From Cyanophora paradoxa CCMP329 (lineage: Eukaryota; Plantae; Glaucophyta), in contig QPMI01000436.1 in NCBI GenBank assembly GCA_004431415.1, positions 62,001 to 126,000 on the forward strand: 64,000 nt of DNA, read 5' to 3'. Position 1 is the first letter of the stretch; every line of letters starts with the position of its first letter. Of this stretch, positions 1 to 12,488 are shown piece after piece. Position numbers and translations under genes: made by a program. Below the pieces are notes generated by a model. It ran no database searches and was not told the DNA's origin. It worked only from the letters and a program-made list of their open reading frames with translations.

Positions 1-3000
1 AGATGCGTCGTCGCGGCCAGCGGTTCACGGAGGAGGACGTCATCGACTTCCTGAAGCGCATCACCATCATCCTGCTTCAGCTGCACTACCACGCCGAGAT
101 GCTTCACCGCGACATCAAACCGGAGAACATCATGGTCCTGGAGGGGCGAGGGGGCCGTCGGGAATATTTCCTCATTGACTTCGGCGTTGCATCCACGCCC
201 GAGCCGAATCGTTTGACGATGGCCGGGACAAAAGTGTACGCTCCCGACGAGCAGGTGTGAAGTATTCAGTCTATGTTCACGAGTGCTTATCATCATTGTT
301 AATTTTTTGATTTTTTATCTGCTGCGTATTCGTAGGCGAATGATGGCAAACCCGTCGACGCGAGCGACATCTTCAGCCTTGGCCTCACGGCAGTCGAGAT
401 GTTCTTGGGCGTGCTCCCAAACCGTGCTGACATGCACCACGCTCTCGACTCGCAAGAAGCCGTACCAACGTCGAGACTGCCCAAGCGTGTGCTGCGCCTC
501 AGGACGGGGCTCAGCCACAAGCTTCGCAGAATCCTGCACACGATGCTCATGCAGTCGCACCGACAGCGCTATCAGACGGCATTCGAACTCTGGCGGGATC
601 TGATGTTGACTTTTCCTGACGACAATCCGCTGGACGAAGGTGCTACGCTATATTTTTCGCTGCGTTTAAAGTCACTCGCAAGCTTAAGCGAGTGTGTGCT
701 GATTTGGGTTACCATGCAGACAAATGGGGCGACGCGGAGGAAGCCGTCAAGCGCTCCATCCACGTCGTCCGCAAGTACATAAGCCTGCTGGACAACCTCG
801 ACGAACAGCCCCCGCCCCGCTTCACGTACCCGGATGCAGACGAAGACGAGCTGGAGCCGACGGGCGACGGAAAGGAGCTGGATGCAGAGCCGACGACCGC
901 GGGCGACAGGCGGCCTGCAGGCCTTCCCGACTGGCCCGGCACAAATCTCCTCCCTCGTTCGCGGGATTCTACAAACTCCCTCGAGGCCGAGCTCATTTTA
1001 CCTGACGGCCCCGAACTCTGGGATCCTCAGGCCCTCGTGCACGTCGTCCGACTAGCCATCTACGAGGAAGTCAACAGCGCTGGCGCCAGCGTCGAGCTGC
1101 GAAAGCAGGTGAGGCATTCAAATAGGTTTCATGCGCAATTTCGTCATTGCAGTTGCCCCGCAGGTGCTGCGGACATCGCTGCGCGTCGGATCGGTGAAGA
1201 CGGGCTCCACCAAGATCCTTCTCAATCTGGACCTCGACTCGGCTACAGAGGAGGGGCCGATTCTTCAACGCATCAAATGTGCAATTCAGAGACTCGGCGT
1301 TCTGGAGTGGAAGGTGAAGAAGAAGCGAGCGGATGCTTGGGCAGGCTTTCTTCATGAGAAGCTGAACCAAAACGGAAAGTGTACGCATCACGTTGAAATC
1401 TCTTCCACATCCCGCTCAATTTCGAATTAACCGAGCAAGCACTGCAGCGATCAAGAAAAAGCTGCTCTCGTGGCTTGGCTGGGGAGATTCACACTGGATG
1501 CCCAAGGAAGCAGCGAAGAAGAACAGAGAGCTCCTTCACGCTGTCAAGTCAAAACGTGCACATGCTGCTTATTCTGGCAGTCATGATCGTTTTAAATCTT
1601 TTCCGCAGAGAAAGACGAACAGCACGCCCAGCCGAACAGCAGGGCAATCTACTTGTACGCCTCGCAGGCCAACTTCAAGGACATGGGCAGCTTTGATCAG
1701 CCAGATCGAGATGAGGGCATCGACAAGGCCTGCAGTGAGATCTCCTCTCTTCTCGGCTCTGACAGCGGCGTGGCGGATTCGGACTTCGTTCACTTCTCGG
1801 AGATCATCTCCCTGGACAACGCGACCACGGCTTGGGGCTCCGGATCCGCCGCTGGCGCTGCCAGTTCAGCGAGGCCTGTCGTCGGCCCCGCCCTTGCCAT
1901 CGCGATCGTCAAGGCGCTCGGCGGCTGGCAGGGCACCATCGCTGACTCGCTCGGGAATCAAGTGGCCGAGCTCGTCGAGAGCATCGGCGAAATCCTTCAA
2001 CAGCAGGTGCCTATTCAATTCAGATTCTCAATTCCACTGGAAATGTTCCACTGGAAATGACACAGGCCGGGTCGATCAGATCAGGGAAGATGGGCAAGTT
2101 CCGGCCACTGTTTTCGAATGTGTGAAGGAAGTTTTAGTGGCGGATTCATCTTCCAGTCACGACTGGCGGCGACGCGTCCAGTGGCACAACTTGTCGCAGT
2201 CAGGAGCTCAGCGGCTTCGTCTGAGCAGTGGGGAGTCTGCAGCCAACTGCTTCGCTGTGGAGATCGGCGACCTCGACCAACTAATTTCTTCAGATTTCTC
2301 TCGAAACAATGCCGTCCGCGGTGCTTTGGATTCGTTCATTGAAAATTGTTGTCCAATTCTAATCTTCAAATACGGAAAGATGTCCTGTCGAAAGCCAAGG
2401 AAGCACGCGTGACGCTCTGGATCCTCGGTTTGCCTCTAGAGGGCACGGTCAACCTTGTTCTCCGTGTCAGCCACCCCGACGATAAGGCGGCCATTCGACG
2501 ATGCATCCAGGACAAGACGGGTGCATAGCAACAATTTTGTTTCGACGCTCAAGGCCAACAGTTGACACAACGGCTTGCAGATCTGCAGGAGGAAGAAATC
2601 CAGCCCGGAAATGAAGAGGGCGGCGAAGCAGGCGCAGCGGACGCTCGCCCGTATTTGGTTGTTGCAGAATTCAGCAATGAGAAATTCTCCTTCAACTACA
2701 TGGCGAGTCTCTGTTCATATTATCGACTCTGCTGTTTTCTTATCTCGCGATCGCCTGCTGCAGTTGTCAGACGTTGTGTACGATTGGAACAAACTTGTGG
2801 AAGTCGAGGCGTTGGATCGCGATATGAAAGTGAACATCGTCAAAATCAAGGTAGCTGCGCCCAATCTGGTAGAAAGACCTGCAGCTACAATTTTAACTGC
2901 TTATTCAGGGAACCCGAAAGAGCGACAAGAGCGTTGTTCTACTGTACTCGAGCGAGGCTGACAAGAAGGCCATTCTGGATCCACCAAGAAGTCTCATTGA

Positions 3001-6000
3001 GCTGGATGCCGAAGACCGAAATGGAGAGTTCGTTGTTACGCTCCACGTCGACGGCACCCTCAAGCTGCCCGAAGCAGTCTCCGCGATCAAAGCTGCCGAG
3101 ATCCCGCCTGCCTTCTCGGTCTTCCCATCTCAGCGTCAAGTGGCCCGCACCATCCTCGAGCGCGCGACGTACATCCTCACGGGCACGACGGACGTGCATG
3201 AGCTCTCGAAGAAGTTCCGCGACTTCCATTTCATCGTCCTGGTGCGCCGCGGTCGCGAGGCATCGAAATCGCTTCTAAATTTGAAGTCACTAACATTAAC
3301 ATTAACATTAACTTCGCTTTCCTAGTCGCCAATATAACATTATCCTCGCTTTTCTCAGTCTGAAGTCACCCCCCAGATGCCCCGGTACACGTCGCTGCAG
3401 AATCAGACGCGGAACCGCATGGTGCAGGCGGGGCTCGTAAGCGCCGAAGACGCCGAGAATCAAGTTTTTATGTTTATGGACAGTCAGGCCTGCAAATCCG
3501 CTTACGCAGCATTCAAGAAGCGCGGTTTGCAACTTCGATCGTTTCGTTTTCGCACTTCGAATGCTGACATCTCGTTTTTCGCAGCGATTGAAGAGCCCGA
3601 CACGCTTTGCGTCCTTGTGGCAGACGAGTGCCATTGGGGTCTGCTCGTTCTCTACCTCTTTTCCCGTGCATGCCTTGAGCTGAGCGCTTGTTTCAGGAGT
3701 TGGTCGCGGATCTGCACATGACAGCTTCGTCAACGATTCCAACGTGGACAGCGAATACCCAGACGCAAGGTCATCGCTTTCAAAGCCCAATTGTACACAA
3801 TTTGGCATGATGCTCTCCTTGTATGCAGATTGACTGATTGCGAGAACGTGCTCGTGCTGCTCGTGAGTGCAACACCGGGCAACGTCCTCACCAAGAAGAG
3901 TCGCATCCCTGAGAAGTACCGATTGAAAGAGGAGACCATCGCGCGAGTCCTGCAGAACGAAGCGGACAGCGGTGTGACCGAGACTTTGGAAGCTAAAACC
4001 GTTGTCGAGGTGGTGAAGCACGCCAAGGATGGCGTGCATGTCCGCCGTGACGGGGATTCATCCAACTCTACGCTGCTTCTTGAATTCGCAGCCCTCAAGG
4101 ATGTTCCCGAGGTCCACGTTGTCAAATGGGACCAAGTAATGCAAGAGGTGATCATGCATACGGCCAAGATCGGAATTATCCAAAGCCTTATGATATCTGC
4201 AGATGAACGAGGTTGAGGCTGCAGCGTCACGTACCAGCGGCGATCCAATACCATCGGTGGTATCCAACGAGGCAGCGGCAGTCCGATACAATCGCGTCAC
4301 AGAATTTGTCGAGAGCGTGGCAACGGCGAGCCCCGAGCGACGTGACATCCAGGACGACCCATTCTTCATTGCCCTCCTTACCAAGTACCACCGAACACTT
4401 GGTCACAAGTGCCAGTCAAAAGCAGAGCGCAAGAAGTATTGCGACACGGACATTCTTGCTGCAGACTACGCTTTCTCATCTCTTTTCCGTCGCCACTTCA
4501 TCAACTGCGCTCCTAGGCCTGCACCTCGGCCTGCCTCCGCCGAATTCGACGCAGCCGCCTCCGCTCTCTATAAACGTGAACACACATTGCTATATTTCTA
4601 GAAGTCCCGCGAGTCCTGGGTCTGGAAGAGTACTCATTGAAGCTACAGATTTCTGGGAGATCTTTAAGGGCGACACCAGCTTGGAACTTGTTGGAAACGT
4701 CTATCTTAGCTTCATCAGCAAGGAGGGTGCGTGGTATAGCGCTTGCTCTGATATAGCGCTTGCTTTCTTCTTGCATGCTCTGACTGAATTGTCCACGAAT
4801 GCAGCGCTCAAGCTTTCTCTCGCGGGAGCGAAAGAGAATCAAGCCGAAACGTTAACAAGCAACGAAGCTTCTGTCGATGAATTCAGCGTGTCCCTCCTGA
4901 AGCCGTATCTTGACAAGAAGCTGCGGGTGTTTCAGTCGCCGTCGAAGGTCAAAGGCTGCCGCCTGGTGCCCGAACAGCCCTTTTTGTACACACAGACGGA
5001 CTGGAGTGAGTTGTTGTTGTCTGCCACCCGCGCCACGACGCTTGAGCTCGAGCTGATATGACGCCTCATCAGTTCTTGAAGATCTTCTCAACGTCCAAAA
5101 TAACGTCGGACGTATGAAGGTGCTTTCAGTGTTGTGCCCTATATCTAGATCTTCTCAAAGTACGTTTTGAATGTTTTCCATCGCCTAATTTTCATTACAA
5201 GATGGTTCGGGCCGACGACAACAAGACTGCAATGAGGTTCAAGGATGTTCTCATGGCGACGCGCCGCATCTGCCGTTGGACATCGGCCTTCGAGATCATC
5301 GCAGATTTCGGCAACGCTGAGCTGGAGGATGCCATCACGGCGCCATTCCAGCGGCGCTACATAAAGCGGCGCGGGGCTGCAGCGGGCGAGAGCCGGCTCA
5401 CCTACGAGGACCTTGAGTCCATGCCATGCATCCTCATCCTGTGTGAAAAGGGCCGGTGAGTGCGAACGCTGTTGCTTCGGGTCATCTTTTTGAATTTCAC
5501 ACATTTGCTCACGTACGTGTGCTGCAGGATGGGCGACACGTTCCCTCGCTCGTTCAACACGATGGATCTGCGCTGCCGTCACGGCGAGAACACTGGCGCG
5601 TGCGTCACCAATGTCTCTGCGTAGTAGCAGACACGCATACGTACCAAGCAATCGTGCAGGATGACAAGCTTTATCCAAGAAATTGGGCGCATGTGCCGAT
5701 ATGCGCCAGGCAACTCTCCTCTTCGGCCCTACGCCGTCGTCGGCAAGAAACTCTTCAAGCAGATTCAGGTGGCCATCGAGCGCCACGACAAGCAGCGGGC
5801 GCGAGACCCGAACGCACCGAAGCACGTGATCGACTACCTTCGGCTAAAGGAGTTCGACAGCTAGTACGCAAACTACTTGACCTCATTCCAGGCCGTCCTC
5901 GCCTTACGTTGCCCTCGCAGCGCCAAGGGGTCTGCCCGCACGTATTCCAGGACGCTGAACCCGCGCACCGACCTGGAACCTCTGAAGAGCTACGACGTCG

Positions 6001-9000
6001 CCATGCAGAAGCACCACACCCGCCGGCTCCTCCTTGAGGCCGAGCCGCAGGTTGGCAATTACTCAATATATTATATTATTTATCTGGTTACTGAGGGTTC
6101 ACTCCAGATTGGCAAGACGGGCACCTACAGCTACTTCTTGCTCCTTGTACGCGAGTTTGTGACGCGGCCTCTCATCCAGCCTCCCGTGCCGCTCTCTGGC
6201 CAAGCTACGGCCAGCTACAAGCAGCCGGTCTGACCGCCTCGATTATGAGCTCCATGCTTTTTTTCCTGAACGGCCTTCACAGCCTCAAGACTGGAAACGT
6301 GCCGACGTGTTTGCCCACCGTGCAAGGCTGCTGCAGAACAGCACCACGCTTGGTGCCTACGTGAAGGAGATCGTGGAGGAGCTCGGACCACGGGAGATTC
6401 TCCCGGCTGGCGCCTTTGAATCTTTGAAAGCTCTCTATGTGCGTCCCATGTTTTCATATTGTTGGATTCCGATGAATCCAACTTCAGGATGCTTGCGCAT
6501 CGGATGCGTCAACGGGGACTGTGGTGAGGGGAGGGCGCTGTCTCAACGTGGAGAAGCTGAGGGAACTCCTCGATTTTGACAAGAGGCTCAACCTTGCTTC
6601 CATTGATCTCTCTGACATGAAGGTGCATTACTCTACATTTAGATGAAAGTCTTTTACAAAGTTTCACGATCACACTTTGCAGGCCGCGGAGAAAACGTTG
6701 CGTGAGCCTGTGGAGCTGGCCAAGCGCGATGCAGCTTCATCGAAGCAGCGACCTCCCTGCTTGCTCACAGCTGTGGCGGTGGAAATTGCACCTGGGGCTA
6801 AAGCCACTTCAAAGCCCAACAGCACGCGCTACGTGCTTGCACCAGAGCTTCTGAAGCGCATCGGAGTGCCTGACGACTGCATCGGCCAAGTTACGATCAG
6901 CATCCCGTCGAATTCTGTCGGCGGTCCAAGCTTAAGTTTGAAACTCAACTCGAGCGGCCAAGTAACTCGCATTGGACCCGCTTCAGAATCTGTGAGTGGT
7001 GGCAGCGGCGGCAGCGACGGGGGCGGCGGCGGTAGTGGAGGCAGCGGCGGTGGCGACGGTGATGGCAGCGGAGACAGCGGCGGCGGCGGCGGCGGCGGCC
7101 ACCGCCGCTTCGCTTTCGTTGTCTGTGGAGACAATCCTGTCGAGGCGCGCCTTGGCGTCGCTGGTGATCATGACATTCCCGCCAACCTGGTGAGGCTTGC
7201 AGTTTTATCGACGTGAAAAGTCGAATTGATTGCGAGCTCCTTTCACAGCTGGCCGTCGTGTGTAAGCCACACTTCGAAGCGTATGCAAGCATCTGGGGCG
7301 GCCGTGTCGCGATTCTGAGCATTCCGGAGAGACTGAAGCTTCCAGACTGGAAATCAGAAGCAAGGGCTCCGAGCGGTCCCGTTGGATTTGCTCGCCTCTT
7401 TGTGCTGGTGAATTGTTAACGTTGTTCTATCGGCAAGCTTCTTTCAACTAACACCACCGGGCTGCAGCTGTTCTCGTGTGAATTGAAGCTGGATTTCATC
7501 TGGCTTTTCGACGACTCGGTTGCGGGCTGCCGCGAGAAGGTGCTGGTTTTCCTTACTCTTGCCATGTCCACGCTGCCACGCGCTCACATGAGATGCAGCC
7601 GCTGGGCGAGGCGATGCGAGACGTCGAGAAGCGCGTGGTCGCCGCGGGCTCGTCTGGCCCTGCCGTGGCCGGATTCAGCCATGAGGCGCCAAGTGCTTTC
7701 CGCGCCTCCGAGGATCACGACTTTTCGATCACCCCATACGTCTATGGGGCATTCTTCTTGAACGTGGATCTCTTGAATGAAAAGCGTTGGCTGTATCCCG
7801 CTAAGAGGTGTTTCAAATTCGAACTCTTCTTTGTTGGAACTTTCTGACCATGCAGCGTCGCCGCAGGCACTGGAGCGAGGTTGACTTCCACTTCCGATGC
7901 CAAGCGCAAGGCTCCTCTTCTCTGCTCGTGTGGCGCTTCGAGTCTCTCCATATCGTCATCGCGCTTCGCGAGCGCGTGTCGCTCTTCTCCCAGCCGACGA
8001 TGTGCCGCTGGACCCCAGGCGCCGGCTGCGTGTTGACGTCCGGTGGGCCCGGGGCCGAGCCTCCGGATCATTCGCAGCTTGACATCCTGATTCCGTGGCT
8101 TTCCGACCGGGTGCCCATTCGCCGCTGTCGCATTGCTTTGAGCGCTGCTAGACTCCACGCTTCGGACAGGTCGGGAGCGGGCTTTTGCTTGGCTGCCAGT
8201 ACAACGACCGCGAAGTTCAGGCTTCGGAGTTTGTCAAGAGTTTCGCTGCCGCTGCTGGAAGTAAGGGGATGGTACGCTTCCGTTTGCTCTTCCTGTTTCC
8301 TCGAGCCTAACTTGTGCATCGGCATGCAGGAGCTCAAGTGGAAATCCCACAACGAGGTGGAGGTGGAGGACGTCAGGCGAATTTCAACAGGAACAAGCTG
8401 CACGGGCGTCGTTTTCTTCCCGAACCCGATCTCGTGGTTCTCTGTCACAAGCGGGGTCCCCATTTGGATGTGGTGCGGCAAGTAGCTATAGAGCAAACAC
8501 TAGCGATGACTGCAGGCGATTTGCAAGCCGCTTCGTCCTGTACTTATCCACATCTGTTTCCAATCGGGCGCAGGGATGCCGTGAAATCCCCAACACTCAT
8601 TGTGGTGGTCAGTCATCATTGGTTTTGCTTTCTTTGTGCTGCTGGCTTAGAGAACATTCAGGTCCCACGTAACGCGTGGATGGGAGAGACGGTCAGGCAA
8701 GAGGTGATCGAGAATGAAGCCGAAAGCGTTGCCGGACGCATCGCCGGCTTCCGGCTCGCGGGCATCTGGTCCTCTGTGCCGGCAGACGGCTCGGGCGCCG
8801 CAGCACCGTCGTCATCATTGTCGGATCCGGCACGGGCTGTGTGGATTGCGCTCGAATTCACGACCCGAGCCGCGTCTCCGCCGCCGCCACCGCCGCCTCC
8901 TCCCCCTCCACCGCCGCCGCCTCCTCCCCCCCCACCGCCGGCACCACCACTCCCTCCAAAACGCGGAGCGAATCGCACACCGTGCGCGATGGCTGTAACT

Positions 9001-10319
9001 GGCAAGGCTCTTCAAAATCCACTTACAATCAACGTGCAGGACTGGTCAAGTGGATTCGACGCAGCCAGCTGCAGCAAGTGGAGAGGCTGGCAAGGCAGGC
9101 TCAGGCTCAAGCCGCAAACGATCGGCCGCGGCCTCCGGGGCCGAGGGAACACCGGACTCTTCTACGAAGAGGACGAGGAAACAGGAGTACCCAGAGAGTG
9201 CGAAGAAGAAAGACCGGGAAACGGCTGGGGAGGATTTCGATGCGGAAGCCCAGGTTCAGGTTGGTTTCGAGAAGTTTGTTGAGCAGCACAAGACGAAACT
9301 CTCGGAAGCGGATCGGCAAGGTACGAGCTTTTATTGAGCTTTTGTTACGTCTCTGCTACGTCAGCCCCTCAGCCCCGGCCCATTCCCCAGGCAAGGATGA
9401 CAAGGTGATTCTCGACGAGGCTCGACAAGCCTGGGAATCTTTGGATGGCGAAACGCGTTTTGAAGTGCGCTGTGTTTTCGCACGTGAAACTAGCAAAATT
9501 GATGCATTCCCAGCACGTCATGAGCGTCGTTGAAACGTTACAACGTCATTTGCATGGGCATAAGAATTGGAACATGGACAGATATTTCGTAGAAGAGAAG
9601 AAGAAAGTTGAACCAAACGTTCCTATTTGTGAGTCTCCAACGCAACGTTAACGACTGTCTTAATTCGCATTGATTTCCATCGGCTCGCAGCTGAATTGAA
9701 AGCTCGTTGGGTGGCACTTCCAGAGGAAGAGAAGCAGGCATTGGCATCTCTTCTTCTCCTTCTTCTAGAAACGATTTCGTGGCTGCGGCCGATATCCTGC
9801 GTTTCCAGGGCTTACCCGCAGCGTGCGCAGAAGTACAAGGATTCGAGAAGAGAGGACGGGAATCGCCTCAAAGCTCGCCAGAGACTCGTCCGGGATGTAA
9901 GTGGCCGCCACTCGCCGGTTCCCATCTTCCCATCGTACGCGTGTATATACTAGGCCCTGCAGGCGCTCGGACTGCCGAAGACAGTGCCAAGCAAGAAGGC
10001 AGAAGCAGCCTCCGGCGGTGGCGAGCCTGAGGAAGCTGGCAGCGCCAAGAAGCTCAAGCAGGGGCGGAAGGCTGCAGGCGCGAAGAAGCAGAAAACGACC
10101 GGGTCCGGAGAGGCAGAGTCCGTGGTTGCAAAGGTATATATTCCCCAAGCCCTCAGCTTAAGCTTGTCACTTTTGATTCGACACACGCTGATAAGATGGC
10201 ATGATTTGGTGCAGAAGTCAGAAGGCTCGGAGAAGGCCGCGAGCAAGGCGGCGGATGAGGAGGGAGATGACGACATCAGCCGCGAGGGCGACGACAAAGA
10301 CAGCGAAAATGACGATTAA
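1..10319 (+). CDS. GREB1: Multi-exon protein kinase - GREB1-like fusion (kinase + circularly permuted SF2 helicase + TAGT glycosyltransferase + GREB1 C-terminal domain + HMG-box-like tail); 5' end lies outside the window
   Basis: Hand-splicing gives one phase-compatible frame from the kinase (HRDIKPEN, DFG, GTKVYAPDEQ|ANDG..SDIFSLG; introns 255-335, ~640-719, ~1109-1163 etc.) to the helicase. GREB1-like motifs follow: FPSQRQVARTILE..FHFIVLV, LCVLVADECHWG, LLVSATP, ILILCEKGRMGDTFP, FIQEIGR, RRLLLEAEPQ|IGKTGTY, IWLFDDS, AFFLNVDL, SEVDFHFRC. Stop TAA at 10317-10319. The similarity to GREB1 is recalled from family knowledge, not from a search. Confidence 0.85.
3..620 (+). other. Ser/Thr protein kinase domain, C-lobe (subdomains VIa-XI)
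   Basis: HRDIKPENIMV, LIDFG, MAGTKVYAPDEQ, SDIFSLGLTAVEMFLG, RQRYQTA. Confidence 0.9.
3110..6170 (+). other. Circularly permuted SF2 helicase/ATPase (GREB1 type)
   Basis: Motif order: II DECH (~3623), III SAT (~3866), V-like EKGRMGDTFP (~5445-5545), VI QEIGR (~5675), then Walker A AEPQIGKT (~6040-6120). Confidence 0.85.
7100..7960 (+). other. TET-associated glycosyltransferase (TAGT, GT-A fold) domain
   Basis: AVVCKPHFEAYASIW, VGFARLFV, IWLFDDS (acidic motif at 7510-7515), PLGEAMRDVE, VYGAFFLNVDL, WSEVDFHFRCQAQG. These are colinear with the GREB1/JGT TAGT motifs as recalled. Confidence 0.8.
9250..9870 (+). other. Two degenerate HMG-box-like segments followed by a Lys/acidic tail
   Basis: GFEKFVEQHKTKL..ILDEARQAWESLDGETRFE and LKARWVALPEEEK|AYPQRAQKYK resemble the HMG-box W-x-x-L-x-x-E-E-K-x-x-Y helix. 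Confidence 0.45.
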
Positions 10320-11448
10320 GACCGTTTCCAGAATGTCTATTTGCAATTTGTATTGATATTTCAGCGATTGATCATGATCATGAAGTGTTATAATTGAATT
10401 ATGCACAGGCGGAACTGATCATGATATCGATGTTAACGTTTATTTTACTCGAGGGCAATTTATGGCGATGGCATCGCTTGATGCAATGAACATGCTGTCC
10501 GTTGTCCCGTTGTCCTTGCTTTTCCGTTGCCCCGAGCCACAACATGTACGATCGCGACTTGTAGCCTCCAGCCATATATATAGCCGGGTACGATCATGAA
10601 TAGAGCTACTAGCAATTTGATTTCTGAGTAAACAGTGAGAGCGATTCTAGATTCCAGTGAACTTTGGAACAGAAGTACCAGATTTCGCATGCGCACTCAG
10701 TGACTCTGATATACATCGATAATCCGCTTCAAGGCTTGTCAGCCACTTTCTGATCAAGATCATGATATCGATCAGTCGCCCCACTCCCACGCGCGCATGC
10801 CATTACGTATGTGCCTTGCGGGACCTGCACTGCGGCAGCTGTAGGCTATCCATGCTAGTTATATAGGCACCTGCAGCTGCCCGCCGAGGGCACACTAGCT
10901 AGTGGGCGCCAGGCCATATATATATCTATATATAGCTAGCTGCGGCCCAGTGGGTGTTCATGCAACCGATCATGATCATGCATGTGGCCATGGGTCTATA
11001 GCTATAGCTATAGCTACGTCAACCCCGCCCACACACCCCTCCCCCGGCCCCCTCCCCCTCCTCCTCCCTCCCGCCCCCCCCCCTCCCCCTCCTCCCCCTC
11101 CGCCCCCGCCCCCCCTTCCCCCCCCCCCCCCCTGCCCCGCCCCCTCCCCTTCCCAAGGGTCGAAGGGCCCCGCCGCCCCGTATCCGGGGCCATCGCGCGC
11201 GCTCGGGCTCGGCCGCGGGACGTCGACAGCGCAGCTGCAGCCGCATGCCTATGCATGCGTAGATGAGGTCGACATCGACGCAGAACGTTCGCTCCCTTCA
11301 CACCGCCGCTACCGTTTCCGTACAGGGACACAGATTACCACAAACATGAATTCGAATAGGAAATTAAAGGAGACTGACGTCGACCCTGTGAAAGCAGCCG
11401 GTGCGGTCGAAGCCGCGCCAAGCAGCCTATCGCTATTTATAGCTAGCG

Positions 11449-12218
11449 CTACTTGAAAAGTCGGCGGCGTGTGCCCGGGCACAGCAGCAGCGAGTCGAAG
11501 GGCCCGGCTGCCGCGCCGCCCGCGCGGCAGCCGTACAGGGAGGCGCCGACGTCGCCCCCCGCGAGCTTCGCGACGAAGAGGAACTGGGGGAAGTCGGAGG
11601 GGAAGCGCCGCGCCTCCGGGTCGTCCAGCGTCATCGAGACGAACCGCTCCCACGTCGATCCGGAAGCTGACGCGGAGGACTGCGCCTGCGCCTGCGCCGC
11701 GCTGGTGCCCGCGCGGGGCGCCTGCTCGCGCGGGAGTGCGGGCGCGCGGAGCGGAGTCAGCAGCGGACGGGCGGCGGCGGAAGCTGATTCGGAGTCGGGA
11801 GAGCGGGGGGACTCGCCTCCGGTGCGGGCGGGACGGCGGCGGGGTCGACGAGGGCGACGAGGCCCGAGTCGTTGTTGAAGCTGCCGATGTACTGGAACTC
11901 CCGCAGCGGCCGCCGCTCGCCGAAGAGGAGCGCGTACTCCGGCTCCTCGTCGTCGTTCTGGTCCGCCGGCTGGTCCGGCAGCGGCTCCTCGGCCGGCTCG
12001 GACGCGCCCGCCGCGTCGAAGCAGCGCCGGGAGACGAGGACGCGCGCCATGAGCTGCTCCGGCGCGGGGCCCTTCAGCACCTGCGACAGCGCCGACGCAT
12101 CTGCGGCGGAGTTTGCCGGTGCGGAGGGCGGCGGGGCGAGCGTCGCGGGCCAGGGCGGCGGACCGATGGCGTACGCGGGGTCGGCCGCGATGAGCTCCCG
12201 CGGCGCGCTCTCCGACAT
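11449..12218 (-). CDS. Hypothetical protein (probably 2 exons)
   Basis: MSESAPRELIAADPAYAIG...FQYIGSFNNDSGLVALVD then ..TWERFVSMTLDD..FLFVAKLAGGDVGASLYG..RRRLFK*; GC3-rich coding bias. Confidence 0.65.
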
Positions 12219-12488
12219 CGCGACGGTGAAGTGCCGCAGGGAGCAGCGCCGCGCCGGCGCCTCCCGACGGAGCGCGGTGCCGGACGACGGGCGGCCGACC
12301 GCGCTCCGGCTCTGAGCAGTCCGGAGCGGTGAGGCTGTTCTGTGCACCAAGGGGATGAGCGGGCGCCGGCCGAGGATGCCGATGCTCGCCGCGAACATCC
12401 AGCCCGCGTTTTTGTTTCGCTGGCGGGGTATAGGGCTCAAATCTTAGAAGCAGCCTAGCTCGGTCACCGTGGGCCCCCCGCACCCAGC

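Noticed and set aside
3291-3312. (TAACAT)n tract as telomeric repeat
   Set aside because: Under four units, inside an intron, not a G-rich telomere motif.
11040-11150. Poly-Pro/formin-like ORF
   Set aside because: Intergenic C-rich low-complexity tract with no flanking domain or splice support.
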